DNA from: a virus | Taxonomy: Duplodnaviria; Caudoviricetes | IMG/VR virus record: IMGVR_UViG_3300037484_000292 | Span: 1 to 32,174 of that record | Length of the DNA: 32,174 nt | Reading direction: 5' to 3' (one strand) | Shown here: one piece after another, positions 10,056 to 19,013 of the stretch | Layout: the number at the start of each line of letters is the position of its first letter | Position numbering within the stretch: the stretch's first letter is position 1 | Position numbers and translations under genes: made by a program | The notes under the pieces: model-generated | Told to the model about the DNA's origin: nothing | Database searches by the model: none | Seen by the model: the letters and a program-made list of their open reading frames with translations, nothing else

Positions 10056-10277
10056 CTAACTAGCATATGCCTTAGCAATTCTTTTATTTTTAATTCTTTG
10101 TACTCTTGCTTTATTCGTATAATGATACATATAAAACCCTTTAGCATGTGCCATAGAATAAGTTACAGGATATTTTAAGAAAGTCTTTGTTTGCCTGGCT
10201 TTTGGTGATATGGTTTTAAATAAACTATTGAAAAAATTTCTTATTGATATAAATGCCGATTTAAAATACCGAAACAT
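10056..10277 (-). CDS. Small basic hypothetical protein inserted in the neck cluster
   Basis: 73 aa, RBS AAGGAG upstream; shares NKARV(Q/N)RIKNKRI with the ORF at 21470-21670. Confidence 0.55.
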   Translation of the reverse strand: MFRYFKSAFISIRNFFNSLFKTISPKARQTKTFLKYPVTYSMAHAKGFYMYHYTNKARVQRIKNKRIAKAYAS

Positions 10278-10303
10278 ACTATGCTCCTTATTTCTATATT
10301 TTT

Positions 10304-10627
10304 TTATTCAATACCGGCTCCAGTTCCTAATAAAATTGCCTGCCGTCTCTCCGTTATGCGTTTCCTGAATCTTTCGGGATCATTTTGAGAGAATGAAGTT
10401 GTTAATCCGTTTTGTGATACTGAAGATATTTCAGGAAATTTATTATCAATGGCTAACTTCATGCATGCTGTATCTAACACTTGTTCAATATAATCATCCG
10501 TCAAATAATTAGAAAGTTTAACTTCCCTTTGTGCTGAATGAATGTATTCCTTTAATTCATCATCAGAAACGGCTGGATTTGCCAGCCGTTTCTTTAATGA
10601 TGCTGTAAAATCTAATTCACTGTACAT
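10304..10627 (-). CDS. Head-tail adaptor (putative)
   Basis: 107 aa after the capsid gene; ISSVSQNGLTTSF resembles the adaptor SxSxGxxSxSY motif. Confidence 0.55.
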   Translation of the reverse strand: MYSELDFTASLKKRLANPAVSDDELKEYIHSAQREVKLSNYLTDDYIEQVLDTACMKLAIDNKFPEISSVSQNGLTTSFSQNDPERFRKRITERRQAILLGTGAGIE

Positions 10628-12108
10628 TATGCGTTTACACTGAATACTAAATCAAATACCTGACCACGCTGTATTACCATCGGGCCGCCGAAGGTAAGCT
10701 GAGCTGCAAATGAACTTCTTTGTTCGCTTACAACGCCGGTAGTAATTCTCGGAGTCGCTGTTGTCATTGGCGACAAAATACCTTTCTTTCCTGTAGGCGC
10801 ACCGTGTACAACCGCAACAACATGATTGTACTGGGCGGTTCCAAGAGAATTTGTTCTTGCGTTCAATAGGCCTGAAGTCTTTGGAACTATCTCTTTAATC
10901 GTTCCACCTGTTGCAAGCTTCAAGGCTTCTCCGAGTGTACGGTTATAAGTTCCGGTTGAAAGATACTGTACAAGACTTGCATACATCGAAGTCGGAATAT
11001 ACAGTACAACTTTTCCGCTTGTCGCCACGTTTGTTAATGCTATAAGATTTAACAACCTTACAACATCAGCATATATCAAAGCAGCGTTTGCAGACGTTAC
11101 AGAAGGCAGTGGTAATGTTCTATCTGCCGGTTTATAGTTAAAATTGGTTATCTGCTGCACTAACTTTGTAGGGTTAGATGCCCAGTCTGAAGCTGCCGCA
11201 AGTATCGGAGATTCTAATCCTGCGCTTGCGAGTGCCAACATTATACCGGATGATAACAGACCGTAGTCCCCGGATTCTCCGTCAAAAGCGGAAGTTCCCC
11301 AGCCATCAACAAAAATGCGTTCACCTGCCTGCATGATCTGCTGTTCGATTGTAGCAAAAAGCTGATTCTGAAGGATAAACCCTGCCAGAGCCGGAGCTAT
11401 TGATCTTGCGTATCCAAGCAATGCCGCTTCCTGTTCCTGTTCAACAATGAACCCCTGCGCTTCTGTATGAGCATTTTTAAACTCATTGATAAGCGAAATT
11501 GATGCAAGATTATTGCTGTAAGTCCTGTCGTCGCCATAAGGGTTGAGATCGCCGAGCCGCTGTTTTGCCGCACCGGATGCCTCTATACGCGGTACACGAA
11601 ATCTTGACATCGCGCCTGCGCTTGCGCTAAGCTCTGCGGCAAGCTGTACGGCATCGCCTTCATCTACAAATGACTGTACGAATGTAAGCTGCTCATAGAG
11701 CTGGTCGGCAAGCTGCTGAAGCCCTGCGAACTGATCGTATCCGGGATTTCCAAAATAAGCGTTTAACGCTATCGCATGCGCGCCTTCCGGTGTCGATCCT
11801 GCTTTAATCGCGTTAGCGGCTATCGCATTTAATTTATCGCGTAAGCCATAAGCCATATCGACTACATGGTCAATAGATGCCCCGCCAAATGCAGTCCGTA
11901 ACGCTCCGATTTTATCGTTATGATCTGCGCTTGTGGCGTTTGCAACAGATAAAAGAGCGTCATGTAATGTCTTATATTCTTCATGCCCCTGTATTTCATT
12001 AACAACATGGCAGCCTTCAGCTTCATGCGACCTTGCATAAGCATTGCGGACAACCAGCCAGTTTCTGAATTTTTGCTCAGCTACCTGAGATGATGTAATT
12101 TTTTTCAT
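10627..12108 (-). CDS. Major capsid protein (putative)
   Basis: 493 aa, largest gene after protease and decoration gene; YGLL and LYIPTSMY segments resemble HK97-fold DUF2184-type capsids; synteny. Confidence 0.7.
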   Translation of the reverse strand: MKKITSSQVAEQKFRNWLVVRNAYARSHEAEGCHVVNEIQGHEEYKTLHDALLSVANATSADHNDKIGALRTAFGGASIDHVVDMAYGLRDKLNAIAANAIKAGSTPEGAHAIALNAYFGNPGYDQFAGLQQLADQLYEQLTFVQSFVDEGDAVQLAAELSASAGAMSRFRVPRIEASGAAKQRLGDLNPYGDDRTYSNNLASISLINEFKNAHTEAQGFIVEQEQEAALLGYARSIAPALAGFILQNQLFATIEQQIMQAGERIFVDGWGTSAFDGESGDYGLLSSGIMLALASAGLESPILAAASDWASNPTKLVQQITNFNYKPADRTLPLPSVTSANAALIYADVVRLLNLIALTNVATSGKVVLYIPTSMYASLVQYLSTGTYNRTLGEALKLATGGTIKEIVPKTSGLLNARTNSLGTAQYNHVVAVVHGAPTGKKGILSPMTTATPRITTGVVSEQRSSFAAQLTFGGPMVIQRGQVFDLVFSVNA

Positions 12109-12119
12109 GTTCTTTCACC

Positions 12120-12662
12120 TTATCCTATTGTCACAGATTTCAGGCGAGCATAAATATAGCCTGATTTAAGCTGTCCTGAATTCTGCACCCCGGGAACTCC
12201 GTAAAATACTTCGCCTGGAAACGCTACGTCTCCGCTTGAATTGGAAATTGTACCGTCCGGCGTAATATATGCGGCTGCACCTGCATCCGGTTCCTCACCT
12301 GTTTCCAGTGGGGACGCTGCAACTGCGGCCGGATCGGAAATCATACACGCAAAATCGCCATCAGCATATTCGCCGACACTCTGATCTATCTGTGAATTTG
12401 TCTGCGTTGCCGCTTCCAGAAATCCTACCGCAATAATAGCATAAGGATCGTATTCATCATCTACATAAGCGGCAGCACCTAATACAATACGCTGTTTCCC
12501 GTCTGCGTTTTCCTGCAATGTTACAATCGACCCTATCGGGGCTGCTGTAATTGTTGCGGCTTCGGGAATTACAAATAGAACGCCGTCAATACGTCTCGCG
12601 TCCCATTGCACCGCGCCGCGTTTCGGGTTTGTTTCACCTATTCCTAGTGTTAGTCCTGGCAT
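12120..12662 (-). CDS. Head decoration/cement protein (putative)
   Basis: 180 aa, Ala/Gly-rich, between scaffold and capsid genes. Confidence 0.55.
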   Translation of the reverse strand: MPGLTLGIGETNPKRGAVQWDARRIDGVLFVIPEAATITAAPIGSIVTLQENADGKQRIVLGAAAYVDDEYDPYAIIAVGFLEAATQTNSQIDQSVGEYADGDFACMISDPAAVAASPLETGEEPDAGAAAYITPDGTISNSSGDVAFPGEVFYGVPGVQNSGQLKSGYIYARLKSVTIG

Positions 12663-13756
12663 TAGAATATACCTCCTGTTGATACTTTTACTTCAGGTTT
12701 TTTGCTGATGATCTCGGCATACTTTGCGTTTACTGCTGTTATGCGTTTTGCTGGATCGGTTTCAGTAATTCCCATGAGAGAAGCAAGAGATGCAAAAGAA
12801 GGAGTTTTTGAGCCGAAATCAATATTGAGAGCAGTTCCTACTGCGTCAATAAGCGGTTGTGCGGGTTTTGTGTTCTCAAGGGTAGCCGCTTCTTTCTTTT
12901 CTTCTTCTTTCTTCTTTTCCTCTTCTGATTTTTCGTCTTCTTCGTTTTCTGCTTTGGCTTCTTTTTCTTCTTTCTTTTCTTCTTTGTCGTCCTTTTTTAA
13001 ATCTTCGACTGCATTACTGAGACTGGTTACTGCATTCTCAAGCTTTTCCAACCTCTCGCCATCATTCTTAGCGGTTACAGCTTTTGATACTGCATTCTCA
13101 ACTATCGCTGCTATTTGTTCTGCTGTTAGTTCCATATTTTTAACCTCATTGTTATATTTTCCGTCGGTATTAACCACAACGGCATTGGTTACCTTAATTT
13201 TATTTTCCTTATCCCGTACATGCGGCGCAAGTGCTACATGAGTTGCCCTCAAATCTTTAGCAATCGCATTGTATGGCTGTCCGTCCGGAGTTGTTCCCGA
13301 TTCCACAAGCAGATTATAAATATCCACGAACGCAGACGCTCCAAAATCATTCTGGCCCAGATTGCTTTTAATATATGCGACTTCTTTATTACCTTTTACA
13401 ATTCCGGCTATCATAGCGGCTTTTTGCGCGTTATCGTAATTAACAGTGTGCGCCCAGCCGTCAATTTTCTTATTACTTTCGTTTGTTGTGAAATCGTGGC
13501 TGCCTACAACCACCGGGGCAGTCTGAAGCGATTTTAAAAATTTCTCGTCTGATACAGATTCAGGGGGGTAATAAAGTCTAACGGTCTTTCCTTCGAGTTC
13601 TGAATTATTAGTTGTTAATTGCCCGGGAGCATACTCAAGAACTCCAACTCTCAGAGCCGGAACGGTAAAGCGTAATGATTCAATACGTTCCTGAAGATTG
13701 CACGCCTTTGCTGCCGGTCTTTTAAATAAATGTCGAATTAGAGATTTTATATTCAT
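12662..13756 (-). CDS. Prohead protease/scaffold (DUF2213-like)
   Basis: RVGVLEY, YYPPESV, PVVVGSH and THVALAPHVR motifs plus an acidic/Lys coiled-coil scaffold tail. Start moved to ATG 13756 (RBS GGGAGA) because the longer ORF runs through a terminator. Confidence 0.75.
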   Translation of the reverse strand: MNIKSLIRHLFKRPAAKACNLQERIESLRFTVPALRVGVLEYAPGQLTTNNSELEGKTVRLYYPPESVSDEKFLKSLQTAPVVVGSHDFTTNESNKKIDGWAHTVNYDNAQKAAMIAGIVKGNKEVAYIKSNLGQNDFGASAFVDIYNLLVESGTTPDGQPYNAIAKDLRATHVALAPHVRDKENKIKVTNAVVVNTDGKYNNEVKNMELTAEQIAAIVENAVSKAVTAKNDGERLEKLENAVTSLSNAVEDLKKDDKEEKKEEKEAKAENEEDEKSEEEKKKEEEKKEAATLENTKPAQPLIDAVGTALNIDFGSKTPSFASLASLMGITETDPAKRITAVNAKYAEIISKKPEVKVSTGGIF

Positions 13757-13766
13757 GTTCTCCCTG

Positions 13767-13805
13767 AAAAATAAAAAAGCCGAAAGTCCTTTTAGACCCT
13801 CGGCT
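13767..13805 (-). terminator. Intrinsic terminator upstream of the capsid operon
   Basis: Minus strand AGCCGAGGGTCT-AAA-AGGACTTTCGGCT stem-loop followed by TTTTTATTTTT. Confidence 0.7.
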
Positions 13806-13830
13806 GCTTGTTTCATCAGTACCGAAAAAC

Positions 13831-13983
13831 TTATTTAAAAGTTTTTGTTAATGTCGATTTAATTTTTATTGACTTGTTTATATGCTCGCTATCAATCTCG
13901 ATATGTACGTTCCTGTCTGCTTCTTTCATCAGTTCAAGAACTACAAGTCTTAATTTTTCTTCAAACTTATCAATATCAACCAT
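13831..13983 (-). CDS. 50-aa hypothetical protein
   Basis: Hand translation MVDIDKFEEKLRLVVLELMKEADRNVHIEIDSEHINKSIKIKSTLTKTFK*; fills the gap; no clear RBS. Confidence 0.45.
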   Translation of the reverse strand: MVDIDKFEEKLRLVVLELMKEADRNVHIEIDSEHINKSIKIKSTLTKTFK

Positions 13984-14012
13984 ATAGTATATTATGTCTC
14001 TTAAAATGTCAA
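13984..14012 (-). promoter_or_regulatory. Sigma70-like promoter
   Basis: TTGACA (14012-14007), 17 nt spacer, TACTAT (13989-13984). Confidence 0.6.
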
Positions 14013-14019
14013 CTGTTTT

Positions 14020-14754
14020 TTATGCTGCTTTTTTATCCTGCTTTGTTTCACGCACAACATAATGCTGTAAGGCTATTGCTTTTGTTGACGCTATTTCCGC
14101 CCAGCAACGGCAGCCATAATCCGTGCCCGGATTTCCTGTAAATTCTCTTCCAGAAAGATAAATAACTTTTGGTGGATCGGAAAATAAAAAACATTTATTA
14201 GCAAGTTTTTGATGTGTCTTCCTTACTCGTTTATCTCTTTGAGTACGCCAGAAATATCTGTCACTGTATTGCTGAATTATCCGTTCGTTAATTCCGATAC
14301 CGAGTTCGTATGCGCTGTCACTTCCTTTCTGTTTTGATAAAGCTGCAAAATTATCTTTAAAAGAAAATACTTTATATACGGTCTCATTCTCTTTTGCTTT
14401 GTAAAGTTTATTAAGTATTTCCTGCGATTTTTCAGTTCTTTGCAGATCGTTTATAGCATCATCTATGAGTTTGCTCTGTTTTTCTTTAGCTATAATCTGT
14501 AAATTTTCTTTAAGAGCTTCCTGCCTGCGTTGCCATTCCTCGACCCAGCCGTCAAGCGTTCCCCTGTAAACTTTCATTCCTTTCTGGCGATAATATTTCT
14601 CCAGCTCATAACGGTATCGCTTGGAAAACAATACTGCTTTATTATTATATTCCCGAATAGCTTCTTCATCGACTTGATTATGCCATATTCTGCGGGCAAA
14701 TCGGGCAACTTCATTTTCCCATTGAGGACTATATTTTTCAAATATATCTATCAT
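14020..14754 (-). CDS. Head morphogenesis / minor head protein (Mu gpF / SPP1 gp7 family)
   Basis: YFWRTQRDKRVRKTH and PGTDYGCRC motifs; downstream of portal. Confidence 0.85.
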   Translation of the reverse strand: MIDIFEKYSPQWENEVARFARRIWHNQVDEEAIREYNNKAVLFSKRYRYELEKYYRQKGMKVYRGTLDGWVEEWQRRQEALKENLQIIAKEKQSKLIDDAINDLQRTEKSQEILNKLYKAKENETVYKVFSFKDNFAALSKQKGSDSAYELGIGINERIIQQYSDRYFWRTQRDKRVRKTHQKLANKCFLFSDPPKVIYLSGREFTGNPGTDYGCRCWAEIASTKAIALQHYVVRETKQDKKAA

Positions 14755-14888
14755 TTAAGAGTAGAAGCCATTCCCGTCTGTATATGGGTATAACTAATCC
14801 TATTATCTTCTTGAGTTTTCCAAAAATATCTATAAATTTTAACTTTGTTTTTAATAATAAATCTTAAAAAATATTTTTTAATTTTCAT
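14751..14888 (-). CDS. 45-aa micro-protein carrying a gpF-like motif
   Basis: RBS AAGGAGA; MKIKKYFLRFIIKNKVKIYRYFWKTQEDNRISYTHIQTGMASTLK*; ATGA-coupled to gpF. Confidence 0.55.
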   Translation of the reverse strand: MKIKKYFLRFIIKNKVKIYRYFWKTQEDNRISYTHIQTGMASTLK

Positions 14889-14905
14889 TTTGATCTCCTT
14901 ATTTT

Positions 14906-16516
14906 TCATGTAAGAGGACTCGATAAAGCAGATTCTTTACCTTCTGTGTCAAGCTCGTCCCCTGTCTCCGAATTAAGCGGTTCATCAAATTGCAAAGATA
15001 TATCTTCCGCAAGTAAACCTTCCTGCTTAAACGCTTCTTCGAGTTCGGGATATTCCCTCTGTCTGATTAAAGTTTCTGTCTTCTTGCTAATCAAATCAAC
15101 TCGTTCCTGTTCGGTCTCTTCATAGATTGATTCAAATTCAATGTCGAAATCGTCCTCTTTCATATTAAAAGAAGCAAATTCTTTATCATATCTAATCAAT
15201 GTATTTACGGCAAATCTTAGCAGAGGCTCTATCTCTCCGATCTGATAACGTGAACTTATATTTTCATTTGTCGAATGTATCTGAAATGCTGCCTGTGAAT
15301 AAGCAGAGGTTCCGCCGCTAAAAAAGTATTCAGGAGAAATTCCAGTCACAGACCCGACAAAATCCTTGAAAACTACTGCGATGTCTGCCGTTCCGGGACC
15401 AATATTATTATTCATAATATCAAGTGCCATTCCGCGGGACTGCTCAATCGGAGTGCTGACTCCCATTGTCTGAGATAGTCTCTGTAATTGTGTTCTCATA
15501 CGTGCCAGCATAGTATCTGTCTGAATGTCGCCTTCCATTTTTTCAATGATAACTTGAGAACGAACAAGCAGAATCTTTAATACGTGAATATATAAATTCC
15601 ATGCCTCGGCTGCTGTACGCAGTTTAGGCAATTGATTAAGTCCGATTCCAAAAAGCGGCTCATAGCCAGGACAGGTGAAAAACGCGGATACGCCATGTCT
15701 TAACTTTGCACCCATACAGTATAAATCACCTACTCTCATTGGCGTGTATGGCTGAGTCACTCCACTATAGGAAGATCCCATACCGTAAGCAAACTGAGTA
15801 TCATTGAACACATTAAATGTTACGGCATCGCCTCTCTGAACAGGTACTACAAGCGAACCCCGCGGAGACAGCAAGCTGTAAAATAGTGCATCTTTAATCA
15901 CAGATTTAATTTTCTTTAAATTAATTGTGTTTACAATAGCTTCGTCAAAGCTGTCGTTTCTTGAATTAACGGTAGGAAACTTTTTTAAAGCGATTGCCAG
16001 AGGCCTGTCAACCATTTCAGAAAGAGTCGGCATTGAAAGATATTCATAGTAATTGATTCTATACGGGGAATAATCCATGTAAGTCATTAACATACTGGGA
16101 TCGGTAGAAGTGTTTATTTTGAGCGCGCCATCGGCATAAACAGAGTTGAAAACAGATGAAAATTCCTCATCAGCCTTTTTACTTGCCTTAAGTGGTTTAA
16201 ACTTAATGTTATTCTCAGCCTTAATAATTTCTGTTATACATGTCTTATCAATTTTTGCTTTCTTTACTCTGTCGTCTTCTCTTTTCGCATAAGCAAATAA
16301 TAAAGAATTTTGATTTATATTACTTGTCTCATTATTGCGTATTTCCGCGAGTTCCTGCATTGCGGAATTTATTATTCCATCGATGTTATGTACAGAAAAA
16401 GCGTTTTGAATTTCAGTGACTAATTTCTTGTTTCCGACAACTTCGTTTTCAGGGAGTAAATATAATTTTTCTACGGCATCAACAAGTGTTGAAAGTTGTT
16501 TGTATGGATTGTTCAT
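14906..16516 (-). CDS. Portal protein (DUF1073-like)
   Basis: 536 aa; MVDRPLAIAL, VTGISPEYFFSG and DIEFESIYEETEQERVD motifs typical of DUF1073-type portals; lies before gpF. Confidence 0.8.
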   Translation of the reverse strand: MNNPYKQLSTLVDAVEKLYLLPENEVVGNKKLVTEIQNAFSVHNIDGIINSAMQELAEIRNNETSNINQNSLLFAYAKREDDRVKKAKIDKTCITEIIKAENNIKFKPLKASKKADEEFSSVFNSVYADGALKINTSTDPSMLMTYMDYSPYRINYYEYLSMPTLSEMVDRPLAIALKKFPTVNSRNDSFDEAIVNTINLKKIKSVIKDALFYSLLSPRGSLVVPVQRGDAVTFNVFNDTQFAYGMGSSYSGVTQPYTPMRVGDLYCMGAKLRHGVSAFFTCPGYEPLFGIGLNQLPKLRTAAEAWNLYIHVLKILLVRSQVIIEKMEGDIQTDTMLARMRTQLQRLSQTMGVSTPIEQSRGMALDIMNNNIGPGTADIAVVFKDFVGSVTGISPEYFFSGGTSAYSQAAFQIHSTNENISSRYQIGEIEPLLRFAVNTLIRYDKEFASFNMKEDDFDIEFESIYEETEQERVDLISKKTETLIRQREYPELEEAFKQEGLLAEDISLQFDEPLNSETGDELDTEGKESALSSPLT

Positions 16517-16517
16517 G

Positions 16518-16931
16518 TTACCTCTCTATCTCATAAGAAATATTTTTAATCATCAGACCTTTTTCATAAAGCGGCTTATTAAAACCCTTGTATGCAATCG
16601 TAGCCGGCGCATTCTCTCTTAATTCTGTCTCGCCCTTAATAATACGCTTCGCTTCTGCTATAGAACCAACTCCTATCTTCCGCATTAATTCCGCTTCTGC
16701 TTTTTCATGATCGGATTCAATGGGATTATTTTTAATATTTTCAAAATACGCTGCAAAGGCATCCTTGAATTCTTTACTGCTAAGATATTTCTCTGCTGCA
16801 ATTCTTAACACAGGCCGGGGCGGAATTGTTTCTGTGCCGTAATGATTATCAGCCATTACATCAGACAGGCTTTCTCCGTTCTCATATTTTGCAGCTTTAA
16901 CGCCGAGTCTTACTTCCACAATATACTCCAT
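16518..16931 (-). CDS. Neck / HK97 gp10-like virion morphogenesis protein
   Basis: NHYGTETIPPRPVLR and NAPATIAYKGFNKPL motifs. Confidence 0.7.
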   Translation of the reverse strand: MEYIVEVRLGVKAAKYENGESLSDVMADNHYGTETIPPRPVLRIAAEKYLSSKEFKDAFAAYFENIKNNPIESDHEKAEAELMRKIGVGSIAEAKRIIKGETELRENAPATIAYKGFNKPLYEKGLMIKNISYEIER

Positions 16932-16940
16932 TGCCTCTGA

Positions 16941-17672
16941 TTATTTGTATTCAGTGCCGTAAAAAAAGTCAAGCGCATTTGGCGGATACCAACTAGTCTT
17001 ATGATTATACCAGGCCTTATTGACTGAACGTATAAATATTTTCTTTTCCGGGAATGATACCTTATCAATAGCTGCCAGTACAGAAGCGGCAGAATCAACA
17101 CCAATGAATTCACGACAACCCAGAGTCAATCCAACATACTCTTCAAATGTCGTTTTGCCCTCTCCGAGTTCGGAAATAATTCTATTATTTTTTTTGGCAT
17201 ATTCTTTTACTCGATCGATTTCCGATTGCGTAAAACTTCTATTCAAATTTCTCCAATCGGAGGTTGTCATAAAATCGCACACAAGATCACATTTAATCCG
17301 AGGGAAAGCAAACCCTGAACCATTCCACGGTCTTTGCCCCACCCTAATCTCGCCGAATATTTTAATAATACTCATATCTGTAATTTTTCCAGAAGGGTAT
17401 GTAATATTTATAGTTTTACATACTTTAATAAGTTCAGAGAGTGAATATATACAATACTTGCTGGGAGCAAATTTAAATATTTGCTCTCGCGTAAGAATAT
17501 CAGTAACCGGATATTTACTCCATAAATAATGATATTTTAATGCCTGCTTGATAAATTTTGACGCAGGAGTCGCAAGGTATATTTCCCTGACGGCAAATTT
17601 TTCCGCATCTGTCATACGCGCTTCAACTGTGAAAATATCGCCGAGCCCGCCTGTAAATAGAATTTTATTCAT
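16941..17672 (-). CDS. Glycosyltransferase, GT9-like (GT-B fold), divergent
   Basis: N-terminal GGLGDIF and C-terminal GKTTFEEYVGLTLGCREFIGVDSAASVLAA match the GT9 (heptosyltransferase) signature. Confidence 0.6.
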   Translation of the reverse strand: MNKILFTGGLGDIFTVEARMTDAEKFAVREIYLATPASKFIKQALKYHYLWSKYPVTDILTREQIFKFAPSKYCIYSLSELIKVCKTINITYPSGKITDMSIIKIFGEIRVGQRPWNGSGFAFPRIKCDLVCDFMTTSDWRNLNRSFTQSEIDRVKEYAKKNNRIISELGEGKTTFEEYVGLTLGCREFIGVDSAASVLAAIDKVSFPEKKIFIRSVNKAWYNHKTSWYPPNALDFFYGTEYK

Positions 17673-18336
17673 ATTTTTTAAACACTGCCGTTAATATATT
17701 ATTTTTCCACGGTGCTTTTCTAACTTCATCTTCAGCATGACTAGACAAGTAAAAAATAAATCCCTCTCTTCTGAAACGAAAATATAATGCTTCTAATGTA
17801 TAATAATGCAAATGTTCTTTTGGCCGATAGTGTCTCCATTTTTCTAAACTTTCATCTTTTTTCGGTGTGTCAAAATCGGGAACAGATAATACAATTAATT
17901 TTGCGCTTTCGGCAATTTTAAAAAAATCAATTTGCTGCTCATCAGTAAGATGTTCAAAAGAGTCCCATGCTGTTATTATATCAGGCCGTAAACCTTCAGG
18001 CGGCCTTAAATCAGCAGTGAAGTCATTTATGTCGTAACCATATGCGGTATACCCTGCCTTTCGTGCGGCTTTAACAAAAGACCCTGATCCGCATCCATAA
18101 TCAAGTATAGTTCCTTTTTTTAAAATAAAATGCAGTCGGATTTTATTTATTGCCGCTTCGGGGTAGGCAAGATATTTCTTTTCGTAATTTTCATCGTATT
18201 GAATAGGCGTTTGCATAGAAGGTCTGCCATATCCGCAACATTTACAAATGGTCATATCTTCTAACTCAAGATTGATTGTAAATGTATTTTCTAATCCGCA
18301 ATTTAGACATTTCATAAAATATCCTGTCCTGGCCAT
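17665..18336 (-). CDS. Class I SAM-dependent methyltransferase with N-terminal Cys cluster
   Basis: ILDYGCGSG motif I, WDSFEHL, PKEHLHYY; CLNC/CKCC putative Zn site. Type common in glycan/O-antigen loci. Confidence 0.85.
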   Translation of the reverse strand: MARTGYFMKCLNCGLENTFTINLELEDMTICKCCGYGRPSMQTPIQYDENYEKKYLAYPEAAINKIRLHFILKKGTILDYGCGSGSFVKAARKAGYTAYGYDINDFTADLRPPEGLRPDIITAWDSFEHLTDEQQIDFFKIAESAKLIVLSVPDFDTPKKDESLEKWRHYRPKEHLHYYTLEALYFRFRREGFIFYLSSHAEDEVRKAPWKNNILTAVFKKYE

Positions 18337-19013
18337 ACAACGCCGTCAATGTGCTTTCTGTGTTGTTCTTCTGTTTCTTTTGCAGCCGGTAAAAACATTG
18401 TTGGCTTTTCAAACAATCCGGCAAGCGTGGTAATAGCTCCAATTTGAGATATAACCATTTCCGCATTTTTAATCAGCAAGCATAATTCTGGAAACGATGT
18501 ATTGTTTCTCATGTCGATTGCATTTTGTATGTCCTGTAATTCCGGATAAATATCATGCTGTCCAACAAGTATAATTATACCATTTAAAGATGAAATTGAA
18601 CCATATGTCTTCTTAACATCGGGAGTGCACTCAAACATATATTTTTTATGCTGATGCCGTTTAGCTGCGTGAGGCGGAGCGAATACAATATATTTCTCTT
18701 TTATTTGTGGTTTTAAATTATAAAAATCTTTGTATCGTCCCCTGACTTTATCAACATATAATTCGTAATCATCACCCTGAAAATATATATCACGATAACT
18801 CTTTTTTCCGTACCGGGTATATTTTAATTGCTGAAAATCTTTTTTAATTATCGGCAGTATTCCGTTGTATTCAACCGGTACAGTCTTAGTATTGTCAAAA
18901 GGTTCAAGCGCATAGGCGTGGTTAGTTGCGACTGTTATATCAGGATTTAATTTCTCAATGTAGGGTAATAGATTGATTAAGTCGCCTAACCCGCTTTGAC
19001 ATTGTAAATTCAT
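18312..19013 (-). CDS. Glycosyltransferase, GT9-like
   Basis: SGLGDLINLLP at the N-terminus; DMRNNTSFPELCLLIKNAEMVIS...LAGLFEKPTMFL at the C-terminus. Confidence 0.7.
   Translation of the reverse strand: MNLQCQSGLGDLINLLPYIEKLNPDITVATNHAYALEPFDNTKTVPVEYNGILPIIKKDFQQLKYTRYGKKSYRDIYFQGDDYELYVDKVRGRYKDFYNLKPQIKEKYIVFAPPHAAKRHQHKKYMFECTPDVKKTYGSISSLNGIIILVGQHDIYPELQDIQNAIDMRNNTSFPELCLLIKNAEMVISQIGAITTLAGLFEKPTMFLPAAKETEEQHRKHIDGVVWPGQDIL

Noticed and set aside
13806-13822. CTGATGA resembling a hammerhead ribozyme core on the minus strand
   Set aside because: It is followed directly by AAC with no stem II and separate GAAA, so the core cannot be assembled.
14906-16516. Anti-CBASS (Acb1) label sometimes attached to DUF1073-like proteins
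   Set aside because: Size, motifs and position before gpF indicate a portal; I saw no appended phosphoesterase domain with paired HxT motifs.
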